Source of the DNA: Actinomycetota bacterium
GTDB lineage: Bacteria > Actinomycetota > Thermoleophilia > RBG-16-64-13
Assembly: GCA_016278725.1 (NCBI GenBank)
Contig: JADQBG010000010.1
Coordinates: 112,229 to 176,228, forward strand
DNA length: 64,000 bases
Reading direction: 5' to 3'
Under the pieces are notes generated by a model. It ran no database searches. It saw nothing but the letters and a program-made list of their open reading frames with translations, and had not been told where the DNA came from. The translations under genes were made by a program, and so were the position numbers. Below, piece after piece: positions 18,304 to 27,821 of this stretch. Every line of letters starts with the position of its first letter. Position 1 is the first letter of the stretch.

Positions 18304-20550
18304 TTACCCTCTAGCCTCGGGGCGGCCGCCGGGGGGCCGGCGATCATGAGCCGGCGCCGGCCGGACTCCCCGCCCAGGCCCGTAATCGTCGGCGGCCATC
18401 AGCACCCGGTAGGCGAAGCGGGGAAGCGCCAGCTGACGCCGAAGCCGGGCGGGCTGGGTGACCAGGCGGTAGGCCCACTCCAGGCTGAGCCGGCGGAACG
18501 CCTCGGGGGCCCTGCGCACCCTTCCCGCCCAGACGTCGAAGCTTCCGCCCACGCCCAGAGCCACCGGCACCCCGAGTTCGCCGCGGTGCCGATGCAGGAA
18601 GAGCTCCTGCCGCGGAGCACCCAAGGCCACGAGAAGGATGTCTGCCCCCGAGCGCCGGACCTCCTCGACCACGGAGTCCTGCTCCTCCTCGCCAAAGTAG
18701 CCGTGACGCGCACCGGCCACGTCGAGCCCCGGGTAGCGCTGCCTCATGCGGGAGGCGGCGTCCGCGGCCACGCCGGGCGCCGCCCCCAAGAAGAAGACGG
18801 AAAGACCGTCTTCCGCCGCGCCTTCGAGAATGCGCTCCGCGAGTTCGATCCCCGGAACCCGCTCGACCCCCTCGACCCCCTGCATCCGGGCCGCCCAGAC
18901 GGCGCCCACCCCGTCGGGAAACCGCAGATCGGCTTCGGCCAGGGCGGAGGCGATGCGTTCGTCCTCCTGTGCCCGGACGAGCAGCTCCGGATTAAGGGAA
19001 ACCGCCAGCCTGGTGCGCTCCCACTGACCTTCGTCCGCGCACTCGAGGACCCACTCGGCGGCCTCTTCCAGGGTGACGCGGTGGGCGGCGAAGCCCAGGA
19101 TCGAAACCGAAGGCCAAACCGGTTCTTCCTCTCCCTCGCGCGCCGCGTTTTCCCGGCTTGCCGCCAGGAGTTCGTCCGAGGTCTCCGCGCGCAGTCTATG
19201 CAGGCTGCCCAGTCCCGGCCGGCCGGTTTGCCCCGTGGCCGGATCGCTTTGGCCGGTCCGGCCGCCTGGTTCCGCCGCACCCCCCACTTCCTGCGTTGTC
19301 TCCGGCGTGCCCGGTTCCTCGTCTCCATCCCACTCGAGCGACTGGCTCAAGCTCTGCCGGGCCCGCGAGTAGACATCCACGTAGTCACTCGCCGCTTTGA
19401 GGTGCGAGTGATTGGCGACCACGTAGTCGCGGGCGTTCGTGGCCAGCCGCTCGCGCAGGTTGGCATCCGCAGCCAAGCGCTCGATCGCCTGCGCGAGTGC
19501 GGCCGCATTCGCGTCGGGAACGAGCAGTCCGTTGACCCCGTGGCTCACCATTTCGGCAAGTCCGCCCACGGCCCCGGCGATCAAGGGGCGGCCGCTGGCC
19601 ATGGCTTCGAGTGCCGAAAGCGAGGTTGCCTCCTCCACTTTTTCCGAGTGCACCGAGGGGACCAGGACGATGTCGCACAACCGGTAGAGTTCCTCGATCT
19701 CCGCGCGGCCGAGGCCGCCGAGCAGCCTGACCTGCGCTTCCAGGCCCTGCTCGCGCACGATTTGCTCGATGGCCCCGCGCTCACCTCCGTCACCGGCATG
19801 CAGCAGCAGGTACTGCTCCCGCTCCGCCGGCTTCATCTCGGCCAGCGCCAGGGAGGGATAGATCACCCCGTTCTTCTTGACCAGGCGCCGCGGACAGAAG
19901 AGCACGGTCTTGTCCTCGGGAATGTCCCACTTGCGCCGCAGCTCCTCCCGGCCTTCCACGCTCGGGCTGAACGCCGATGTGTCGATGAAGTTCATCAGCG
20001 AGTAGGTGACGTCGGCCCTCTCGGGAACCAACCGCAGGACGTGACGGTAGAGCCGGCCGTCCACGGTCACGATGGCGTCCGCCAGACGAAGGGCCCGGAT
20101 CTCCGAACGCATCAGGTAGCGCCTTCCCAGGCGCGATCGGTTGGTATAACCCTCGGATACGGACTCGTAGAGCGGGTAACCATGGAGCGTCAGGACCAGG
20201 GGAACCCCGGCGCGGTCGGCCGCCGCCCGAAGCGCAGGCACCGAGTACACCTCCTGCGCATTGACCACCTGCCAATCGTGGCGGCGCAACTCCCGGTCGG
20301 CGAAGCCCGCCACCAGCCTTCCGCGAACCATTGCGGAGTAGACCATGCCCCAGCCGCGCCGCACTCGGTTGAGCGCCCCGGCGGCGTAGACCACCCCAAA
20401 CCGGCGCAGAGGCTCCGGTACCTGCTCGCCGAAATAGAGCACGTAGGGTTCGTGCCCCAGCTCCACCAGCCCGGCGGAGAGCATGTCCAGGTGCGTCGAG
20501 GTCCCGCCGATCTGGCCGGGATCCCGCATGGTGGGCAGGAGCACCTTCAC
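18304..20550 (-). CDS. bifunctional glycosyltransferase: N-terminal GT4 domain fused to C-terminal WecB/TagA/CpsF (GT26) domain
   Basis: Residues ~1-400 carry GT4 motifs (EATSLSALEAMASGRPLIA...GVNGLLV). A Gly/Glu/Thr/Pro linker follows. Residues ~470-700 match TagA-like ManNAc transferase (ILGFAAHRVTLEEAAEW...LGAPRQELF). Confidence 0.7.
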   Translation of the reverse strand: MKVLLPTMRDPGQIGGTSTHLDMLSAGLVELGHEPYVLYFGEQVPEPLRRFGVVYAAGALNRVRRGWGMVYSAMVRGRLVAGFADRELRRHDWQVVNAQEVYSVPALRAAADRAGVPLVLTLHGYPLYESVSEGYTNRSRLGRRYLMRSEIRALRLADAIVTVDGRLYRHVLRLVPERADVTYSLMNFIDTSAFSPSVEGREELRRKWDIPEDKTVLFCPRRLVKKNGVIYPSLALAEMKPAEREQYLLLHAGDGGERGAIEQIVREQGLEAQVRLLGGLGRAEIEELYRLCDIVLVPSVHSEKVEEATSLSALEAMASGRPLIAGAVGGLAEMVSHGVNGLLVPDANAAALAQAIERLAADANLRERLATNARDYVVANHSHLKAASDYVDVYSRARQSLSQSLEWDGDEEPGTPETTQEVGGAAEPGGRTGQSDPATGQTGRPGLGSLHRLRAETSDELLAASRENAAREGEEEPVWPSVSILGFAAHRVTLEEAAEWVLECADEGQWERTRLAVSLNPELLVRAQEDERIASALAEADLRFPDGVGAVWAARMQGVEGVERVPGIELAERILEGAAEDGLSVFFLGAAPGVAADAASRMRQRYPGLDVAGARHGYFGEEEQDSVVEEVRRSGADILLVALGAPRQELFLHRHRGELGVPVALGVGGSFDVWAGRVRRAPEAFRRLSLEWAYRLVTQPARLRRQLALPRFAYRVLMAADDYGPGRGVRPAPAHDRRPPGGRPEARG

Positions 20551-21761
20551 TAACGCCTCCCTCTTCTCGATTCCAGTATCATCGAACCGCTCCGGCGTGC
20601 GGCCCGCAGCGTCTCATCGACCAGCCGCGAGATATCCTCGACCCGGCCGTCCCAGCTGTTCTCACGCGCCAACTCCACCCGCTCTTGGCGCTTCCGGGGA
20701 GAATCCTCCTCCAGGGCACGATTCACCAGCCCCGGGTAATCGTCCGGGCTCTCGGCCAGATAGATCACGCCGCGATAGGGCTCCAGGGTGGGAAGGGCCG
20801 CGGCGACCACCGGGAGCCCGGCCGCCAGGTATTCGAAGAGCTTCAGGGGAAACATGTGCCGGGTGAGCTCGTTCAGTTGGTAGGGGATCAGGGCCACGTC
20901 CAGCCCCCGCAGGTAGGCGGGCAGTTCCTCCCGCGGCTTCCCGCCCAGAGAGTGCACCCGGGGGATGGCCTCGACCTCCTGCGCGGAAAGTTCTCCCCGC
21001 ACATACGGGCCGATCAGCACCAGCCTCCAGTCGGTGCCGGCCGCGGAGAGCGCGCGCAGCGCCTCCAGATCCAGGCGGGCATTGTGCACCCCCACGATCC
21101 CCAACCGGGGCCGGGCGATGGACGCGAGGTCCGCCGGTTCCGGCAAGGGCTCCCGGTAGGCCCGTTCAAAATGCTCGACGTCGGCCGCATTGGGGACGTG
21201 AAAGGTGCGCGGATTGAGCGGGCGCCGTTCTTCGCAGAGGCTGGAGGCGGTGGTGATCACCAGGTCCGCCCGGCGGGTCAAGGCGTCGTCGTAGGCGCGT
21301 ACGGTCTGCGGGTCGATAAGGCCGGGGAAGGCCGAGTGCTCGTCCACGCAGTGATAGACCGTCGCCTGAGGCCGCAGCCGGCTCAGCAGATGAATGCTCG
21401 TGGGCAGATAGGTCCAGAGCAGGTAGTCCCGCCAGCCCAGCCGCTTGAGCGCCCAACGGATATAGGAGCCCAGAACGGCTTGGTTCACCCGGTTGATCAC
21501 CGGCCTCATGTTACCGAAAGGAAAAAGCGGCGGCGGGGTCAGCACCCAGAGATTCTTCTCGGCCCGGCGCAGCCGCGGAACAAGCGCGGTCCATCGGCGC
21601 CAGCGCGCGGGCACTTTTAACGGGGCCAGCATGGTCACCGGCTCCTCGACGTAGAGGATGCGGTTGCCCTGAGCCAGCCGATGCATGATCTGCTGCTTGC
21701 TGGTCCAGGGCGCGTCCCAGTCGAGGGTGGAGACACATACTATAGAGTGGTTGCGAATCAT
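20550..21761 (-). CDS. glycosyltransferase family 4
   Basis: 403 aa; C-terminal GT-B core (FPLKLFEYLAAGLPVVAA). Confidence 0.65.
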   Translation of the reverse strand: MIRNHSIVCVSTLDWDAPWTSKQQIMHRLAQGNRILYVEEPVTMLAPLKVPARWRRWTALVPRLRRAEKNLWVLTPPPLFPFGNMRPVINRVNQAVLGSYIRWALKRLGWRDYLLWTYLPTSIHLLSRLRPQATVYHCVDEHSAFPGLIDPQTVRAYDDALTRRADLVITTASSLCEERRPLNPRTFHVPNAADVEHFERAYREPLPEPADLASIARPRLGIVGVHNARLDLEALRALSAAGTDWRLVLIGPYVRGELSAQEVEAIPRVHSLGGKPREELPAYLRGLDVALIPYQLNELTRHMFPLKLFEYLAAGLPVVAAALPTLEPYRGVIYLAESPDDYPGLVNRALEEDSPRKRQERVELARENSWDGRVEDISRLVDETLRAARRSGSMILESRRGRR

Positions 21762-22954
21762 CGCGGCGTTCCTCCCGCGGCCTGCTCGTAGACGGCCGTG
21801 GTTTGGTCCAGCCAGCGCTCCACGGTAAAGCGCCGCCGGGCCTGGCGAGCGGCCTCAGCGCCCAGCCGCTCCCGGCGCCCGCGTTCGGCCAACAGGCTCT
21901 CCAGCTCTCGGGCCAGGTCCGCGGGCCGATCACCCCGTACCACCACACCGCTCTTTCCGTCGGCCACCAGTTCGGGCAGGCTCCCTGCCTGCGAGACCAC
22001 TACCGGCAGTCCCGCGCTCATCGCTTCCACCACGGTGAGACCGAAGCCCTCGGCCCGCGAAGGCTGCACGAAGATATCCATGCCGGCGAGCGCCCGGTTC
22101 ACCTTGGGAGCATAACCCGGCAGCCGAACCCGATCCCCCAGACCGAGTTCTTCGATCAACTTTTCGAGACTCGCACGCTCCTCTCCTTCGCCCCAGATGA
22201 TCAGTTCGACCGAGGGCGGGTGCGAGATCAGCGGCAGGGCCCTTATCAAAAGGTCGAAGCCCTTGGTGTGGTGCAGGCGGCCGATCGAACCCAGGACCGG
22301 GGGCCGCTCAGAAGCCGCCGCGTCCTCATCCGGCGACGTCCGTTGGGACGCCACGCCCGGGCGGCTCGTGCCGGTGGAGACGATGGAGTGAGGTTCAATC
22401 CCGTGATAGACGACCGAGATCCGCTCCGCGGGCACACCCCGGGAGAGCAGACGGCGGCGCAGGTATTCTGAGGGCACCAGATAGTGCGCCGTTCGCCCCG
22501 CCAGCATCCGATCGACCAGCGAGAAGGCGAGCCGGCGCGCGGTTCCCGGATAATCGAAGCTCAGGTCGCTGTGCACCGTGGCCATGTGAGGCAGGCCGCA
22601 GACCCGCGCAGCCGCCCGCGCGTAGAAATTGGCGACCACCCCTTGGCTGGCGATCAGGTCGGCGCCTTCGGAGCGAGCCACCTCGGCGATGGCGGCGGGA
22701 GCGCGGGGGGCAACGCGCGAGGCCTCGAGGACCACCACGGGCTCGCCCATCTCCCGGAGCCGCGCGGTGAGGTCCCATTCGCCCATGCTGACCAGCAGCA
22801 GACGAAGCCGGGAGCGGTCGTAACCAAGAAACAAGCTTTCGAGGTAGGCCTCGGCCCCGCCGGGAAAGCGGGCGCCGCTATAGACCACGAGCGCTGTCGG
22901 CGGAGCCGCGCCCTGTCTCTCGGTCTCTAATCTCTGTCTCTCGGTTTCGTCCAT
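21758..22954 (-). CDS. glycosyltransferase family 4
   Basis: 398 aa; EGFGLTVVEAMSAGLPVVVS...G..G GT4 signature. Confidence 0.7.
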   Translation of the reverse strand: MDETERQRLETERQGAAPPTALVVYSGARFPGGAEAYLESLFLGYDRSRLRLLLVSMGEWDLTARLREMGEPVVVLEASRVAPRAPAAIAEVARSEGADLIASQGVVANFYARAAARVCGLPHMATVHSDLSFDYPGTARRLAFSLVDRMLAGRTAHYLVPSEYLRRRLLSRGVPAERISVVYHGIEPHSIVSTGTSRPGVASQRTSPDEDAAASERPPVLGSIGRLHHTKGFDLLIRALPLISHPPSVELIIWGEGEERASLEKLIEELGLGDRVRLPGYAPKVNRALAGMDIFVQPSRAEGFGLTVVEAMSAGLPVVVSQAGSLPELVADGKSGVVVRGDRPADLARELESLLAERGRRERLGAEAARQARRRFTVERWLDQTTAVYEQAAGGTPR

Positions 22955-24934
22955 CTAGACGTGACCTTCCCGCTCGATGGGCCCTGCGGCAGCCCTCGGC
23001 TCGCCGGAACCGCCGGCCGCCAGACCGGTGAGGAACCAGAAGCCGGCACCCACCACCAGGGTCTCCCACACCCCCGCGGTCACGTTGGCCACCGCCACAG
23101 CGACGAAGGCGCCAAACACCCCGGCGGCAAAGGCGCGCATCCAGGGATCCGGCTCGTACAGATAGGCTGCGACCAGGCTCTTCGCAGCACGCAGGAGCAA
23201 CCAGAGAAACGCCACCAGCAAGATCAGCCCGCCCTCGGCCCCGAGTTGCAGGTAGAAGTTGTCCACCCAGAGCCGGCCGTAGCCCCAGAGGACCGCGCTC
23301 GTTCCGCCAAAGGTGCCCAGACCCACCCCGAACCAGGGGTTCTGGACGATGTGTCCCAAAGACACGTTCCACATGAGCAGGCGGCCGGCCACCAGGCTCT
23401 TATTGATGTAGGCGCTGCTGAAGGCAAAAGTCAGGCGATCGATGACTGCGGCGGGCAGGAAAACCGGGGCAACCAGCGCCCCGGCCACCAGCGCCCCGAA
23501 GAAGCGCCGGTAGGCCAGAACCGCCATGGCGACCACGCCGGCGATCAGCCCCAGCCAGGACCCGCGGCTGAAGGTCACCCCCACGCCCGCGGTCAGCGTG
23601 AGGGTCAGCAGGCCGAGCAGGAGGAAGTGCCGGGGACGGCGGGTGGCCAGCGTCAACGAAGCCGAAACCAGGGTGCCGAGCAAGAGGAACGCGGCCAGAC
23701 CGTTGGGGTTCTCGATAATGGAGTAGGCCCGAGTGCCGAAGCTCTGCTCCTGCCGGTCGACCCAACTCTGCGGCATGGGCGCGTCGGTGGCGAACTGGAA
23801 GAGACCGTGAAGCGCCATCGCCAAGGCCGCTGCTAGAAATACGCCGACGGCCAACTTGACCCAGCGTCGGTCGCGGGGGAGCAGGTAGCCCAAATAGAAG
23901 AAGAGCAACGGTTGAAAGGTGATCCGCAGCCCAAAGAGCGCGGGCCCCGGCGGCACCTCGTTCATCGCCACGGAGCCCAGGGCGGCCACGAAGGCGACCA
24001 GGAGCGGCACAGTGATGGGCACCGTGCGCAGCTGCACCCTGCCCGCCAGGAAGACCGAGAAGAGCAGGGCGCTCAGCGCCCCCAGCAATAAGAGCTCGTC
24101 CCACATGGGCGCCAGCGCTCCCAAGGCGTTCCGAGCGGCAAAATCCAGCCAAGGGAAGGCGGCCAGGATCAAGAGAATAGCCTCCGGCCGGAAGAGCGCG
24201 AAGGCGGCGACTCCCAGAGCCAGCGCGCCCCCAATGATGACAACCGAGGACAGCCCTCCCGCCGCTCCGGCGAGGCCCCCAATCAGCAGACTCAATCCGG
24301 CTGTGAGGGTCTTAGCCAGAGGATGGCCCTGCCAGCCTTGGGACGGAGCCGGGGTCGCCGCTCCCCGGTCGAGACCCAGGATGCTGAGAGCGAGAGAAAC
24401 CGAGCGCGGATGCGACGACGCGCCGCCCGACAGGCCCAGAGCCGCGGCCCCACCCCAGACAAGCACCAAGCCCAAGAACAGCAGGCCCGCCCAGCCCAAC
24501 GCCGCCCCGAGTTCGGTCAACTCCACCCGGGCATCCGTGATCCAGATGAATAGCAGCCGGCCAAGACCGCCGAGACCCGCTCCCCCAAGTAGAAAGCCCA
24601 CAATCCGCAGCCATCCCGCGGCCCCCAAGACGGAGCGCCCGCTATCGAGGGAGATCTGATCGACCGCCCGGCCCAGAGTCCCACGGCTGCCCCGGTAGAG
24701 CAGGCGGTAGGGAGCGGCGATCACCCAGAAGGTGAGCGGCCCGCCCGGCTCATGCAGGCTGCGGCTGCGGACTGAATCCAGGTTGAAGATCACGCTGCCG
24801 GCAAGCGCCGCCTGCAAGTGCAGCCAAAGCCAAGTGAGACTGCGGCCAAAGAAAGAGTTGGCCCAAGAGCGAACGAGAGAGCCGTAGGCCCGACCGGCCC
24901 ACCGAAGTGAGAGGGATTCTCGGTAGAGCTCCAT
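22955..24934 (-). CDS. O-antigen ligase / Wzy-like polysaccharide polymerase family membrane protein
   Basis: 659 aa with >12 TM helices and a central Wzy_C-like loop region. Confidence 0.55.
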   Translation of the reverse strand: MELYRESLSLRWAGRAYGSLVRSWANSFFGRSLTWLWLHLQAALAGSVIFNLDSVRSRSLHEPGGPLTFWVIAAPYRLLYRGSRGTLGRAVDQISLDSGRSVLGAAGWLRIVGFLLGGAGLGGLGRLLFIWITDARVELTELGAALGWAGLLFLGLVLVWGGAAALGLSGGASSHPRSVSLALSILGLDRGAATPAPSQGWQGHPLAKTLTAGLSLLIGGLAGAAGGLSSVVIIGGALALGVAAFALFRPEAILLILAAFPWLDFAARNALGALAPMWDELLLLGALSALLFSVFLAGRVQLRTVPITVPLLVAFVAALGSVAMNEVPPGPALFGLRITFQPLLFFYLGYLLPRDRRWVKLAVGVFLAAALAMALHGLFQFATDAPMPQSWVDRQEQSFGTRAYSIIENPNGLAAFLLLGTLVSASLTLATRRPRHFLLLGLLTLTLTAGVGVTFSRGSWLGLIAGVVAMAVLAYRRFFGALVAGALVAPVFLPAAVIDRLTFAFSSAYINKSLVAGRLLMWNVSLGHIVQNPWFGVGLGTFGGTSAVLWGYGRLWVDNFYLQLGAEGGLILLVAFLWLLLRAAKSLVAAYLYEPDPWMRAFAAGVFGAFVAVAVANVTAGVWETLVVGAGFWFLTGLAAGGSGEPRAAAGPIEREGHV

Positions 24935-24943
24935 GCTCCGGCC

Positions 24944-25432
24944 TTAAGAGGCCCCGGCCACCTCGATCTTGGTAATCGCCGCGCGCACCGAAAATCCGGG
25001 GCCTTTGACCACCAGTTGCCGTCCGACCTCTAGGGGGATGCTGCCGATGGCGTACTGCGAATCCGACACCTGCCCTTGGCCCTCAACCGTGAAGTCGATG
25101 TCGCGATAGAGCGTCGAATCTTTTGGCCCCACCACCTCGCCGGTCTGCTCATTGAGGAACTCCACTTGAGTGGGGTAGTCGTCCGTCCACTGGATGGTGC
25201 CGAGCACGGTTCCGGTTTCGTCGCGCACCTGGTCGCCCACCTCGATCTCGTAGATCGTGACATCGCGCACCTGTTCCACCTTGAAGGTGGTGATCAGGGT
25301 TTCCTCGTCCCCGGTCCCGGCGACGAAGCGCACGTAGGCAAAAGCGACAAGCGCAATCAGCGCAAGCACCACCAGTAGATCGACCAGATTGACCCAGCCG
25401 AACAGCCGACCGCGGTTATCGATGAAAGCCAT
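24944..25432 (-). CDS. DUF4330 family protein
   Basis: MAFIDNRGRLFGWVNLVDLLVVLALIA... then a beta-rich domain. The ORF-track extension to 25900 is an antisense artefact overlapping the wecB start. Confidence 0.55.
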   Translation of the reverse strand: MAFIDNRGRLFGWVNLVDLLVVLALIALVAFAYVRFVAGTGDEETLITTFKVEQVRDVTIYEIEVGDQVRDETGTVLGTIQWTDDYPTQVEFLNEQTGEVVGPKDSTLYRDIDFTVEGQGQVSDSQYAIGSIPLEVGRQLVVKGPGFSVRAAITKIEVAGAS

Positions 25433-25549
25433 GGAAGGAACCTCACAAGAAAGCGGGAAAAGAGCAACAATAAGACAGCCTGGGATTCTATCCGAAACAC
25501 CGGGGGACTGTAATCCCCCGCAAAAAGCGCCAAGCGAAAGGCTAGGACC

Positions 25550-26710
25550 ATGACCCGGACCCTCTTCGTGAGCTTCGGCACGCGGCCCGAGGCGATCAAG
25601 ATGGCGCCCGTGGTGCAGGAACTCCACCGGCGCGAGCACTTTCACGTGATCACCTGCCTCACCGGGCAGCACCGGGAGATGCTCGATCAAGTAGTCGAGA
25701 CCTTCGGCCTGCCGGTCGACCACGACCTGGACGTCATGCGCCGCACTCAGTCGCTGACGCACATCACCTCTGCCGTGCTCCAGGGCCTCGAGCCGCTCCT
25801 GGTCGAGCGGGGCGCCGACATGGTGCTGGTTCACGGGGATACCACCACCACTTTCGCCACCGCGCTGGCGGCCTTCTACCACCAGATTCCGGTGGCCCAC
25901 GTCGAGGCGGGGCTGCGCACCGACACCCTCTACAATCCCTATCCCGAAGAGGCCAACCGCCGGCTCACCGACCGTCTGGCGGAACTGCTCTTCGCTCCCA
26001 CGCCCGCAGCCAGGGAGTCCTTGCTCGCCGAAGGCTCGCCGGACGAAGGGGTTCTGGTCACCGGCAACACCGTGATCGACGCATTAATGGCAACCGCCGA
26101 AAAGGACCCTCCTCAGTGGGAGCCGCAGATCAGGGAAGCGCTCTCCCGGCCGGGCAAGAAGATCCTGGTCACCGTCCACCGGCGGGAGAGCTGGGGCGTG
26201 CCCATGCAGTCCATAGCCCGGGCCATCCGCGAAACCTGCGAGCGCCACGAGGACGTCACCTTCATCTTCCCCATCCACCTCAATCCGGTGGTGCGGGAAA
26301 CTTTCAGGGGGATTTTGGGAGGCCTGCGGGGCGTGGTTTTCACCGATCCGCTGTCCTATCGCCCCTTCGTCCACCTGATGAAGACGGTCGACCTCGTGAT
26401 CACCGACTCCGGCGGGATCCAGGAGGAGGCCCCCACCCTGGGCAAACCGGTGCTAGTGATGCGAGACACCACCGAAAGACCCGAAGGCATCGACGCCGGA
26501 ACCGCGCGCTTGGTGGGAACGGACACCCAAGCGATAGCCGCCGCCCTCTCGGAGTTACTGACCGACCAGACGGCCTACTCCCGGATGGCCAACGCCGTCA
26601 ATCCATATGGAGACGGCAAAGCTTCGGCCCGGATAGCCGATCAGCTCGAGTACTTCTTCGGATATCGCCAGGAGCCGGCCGAGGCGTTCGGCCCACCGGC
26701 CGAGAAATAG
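25550..26710 (+). CDS. wecB: UDP-N-acetylglucosamine 2-epimerase, non-hydrolysing (WecB/MnaA)
   Basis: GTRPEAIKMAPV...HVEAGLRT...DSGGIQEE motifs; 386 aa. Confidence 0.85.
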   Translation: MTRTLFVSFGTRPEAIKMAPVVQELHRREHFHVITCLTGQHREMLDQVVETFGLPVDHDLDVMRRTQSLTHITSAVLQGLEPLLVERGADMVLVHGDTTTTFATALAAFYHQIPVAHVEAGLRTDTLYNPYPEEANRRLTDRLAELLFAPTPAARESLLAEGSPDEGVLVTGNTVIDALMATAEKDPPQWEPQIREALSRPGKKILVTVHRRESWGVPMQSIARAIRETCERHEDVTFIFPIHLNPVVRETFRGILGGLRGVVFTDPLSYRPFVHLMKTVDLVITDSGGIQEEAPTLGKPVLVMRDTTERPEGIDAGTARLVGTDTQAIAAALSELLTDQTAYSRMANAVNPYGDGKASARIADQLEYFFGYRQEPAEAFGPPAEK

Positions 26711-26872
26711 TTCCTGCAAACTGCGGCCTCGAGAATTGTCGGTCTTTACTTTGGCCGAGGCTTGTTCCATAGTGTGTGAACGAGATTGCAAGGCCACGCG
26801 AGCTTGAAACCCCCGCCAAGGGTTTGCCTGCTCTCAGCGGATTTTGTACGCTAAGAGAAGCAAGCGCGGCTT

Positions 26873-27799
26873 TTGAGGAGAAGGAGAAAGAACGGGAGGC
26901 TTGGGTTGATGCCCTCCGGCCCCGCCGGTAACGGCGAGAGAGCGCGTGGTTTAGGGCTCTCTCGCTTCGTGCTGCTCGCGCTGCTTGCGCTGGCCCTGGC
27001 GCTGACGGCTGCCGTTTTGACGGGTTGCACCGAGGCGGATTCCGGAGCCACTCCGGACGAGACCCAGGATTCAGCCGCGCCCAATGGAGATACGACCGCG
27101 CCCGAAGCCACCGACGCCCAACCCGTCACCTCCGAGGACGACGGGTCAGGGGCCCTCGATGAGAACGCGCCGACCACGGCCGCTTCGGGCTCGCCGGATA
27201 CCCCGGCCACCGCCGGGAGGACTCAGGCCAGGCGTTTGGCCCCGTCCGAGGGCCGCTTTGCCGTCTGCGCCGACTGCCACGCCTTCTTCGACCCACCGGG
27301 AAAACCGCCCGCTACACTCAAGGCGAATTTCTCGCACGAAGCGCACCTCGAGTACGGCGCGGAGTGCGAATCCTGCCATGTGCGCCCCGCACACACCCGT
27401 GAGGGCATCAATAGACCGCAGATGCTCACCTGCTTCGACTGTCACGGGCTCTCCGCGGAGGCGCGCGCCCCGGGAGAGTGCGAGACCTGCCACCCTGCCG
27501 ACTTCGATCTGGTGCCGGCCAGCCACACCCCGGAATTCGTGGAGGAGCAGCACCCGCAGGTGGCCGAGAAGGAGAGCCGCGATTACTGCGCCCTCTGCCA
27601 CGAGGGCGGACCGGAAGATCTGTGCATGACCTGCCACGGGCTCGCGATGCCGCATCCGGCTGATTTCCTGCCGTCTGCACAAGGTATCGGCGGGCACGTG
27701 GACGCCGCCCATGACCAGGGCGAGCTATGCACGCGCTGCCACGATATCCGCAAGGATCCGCCGGCCGCGTGTTACGGGTCGGAGTGCCATGGCAGTTAG
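26873..27799 (+). CDS. multihaem c-type cytochrome lipoprotein (7 CXXCH + 1 CX4CH)
   Basis: Signal peptide with lipobox LTGC. Motifs CADCH, CESCH, CFDCH, CETCH, CALCH, CMTCH, CTRCH and CYGSECH are present. Confidence 0.75.
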   Translation: MRRRRKNGRLGLMPSGPAGNGERARGLGLSRFVLLALLALALALTAAVLTGCTEADSGATPDETQDSAAPNGDTTAPEATDAQPVTSEDDGSGALDENAPTTAASGSPDTPATAGRTQARRLAPSEGRFAVCADCHAFFDPPGKPPATLKANFSHEAHLEYGAECESCHVRPAHTREGINRPQMLTCFDCHGLSAEARAPGECETCHPADFDLVPASHTPEFVEEQHPQVAEKESRDYCALCHEGGPEDLCMTCHGLAMPHPADFLPSAQGIGGHVDAAHDQGELCTRCHDIRKDPPAACYGSECHGS

Positions 27800-27821
27800 G
27801 CCCCTGTTACAGCCGGACTGG

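Noticed and set aside
17857-20553. 898-aa ORF on the plus strand
   Set aside because: It is antisense to csaB and the GT4::TagA gene, which have clear domain signatures. Its composition is Arg/Gly/Pro-rich with no motifs. Long antisense ORFs are expected at ~70% GC.
25433-25900. N-terminal 156-aa extension of the DUF4330 ORF
   Set aside because: The low-complexity His/Gly/Arg-rich translation is antisense to the wecB 5' end. The family-typical start MAFIDNRGRLFGW is at 25432.
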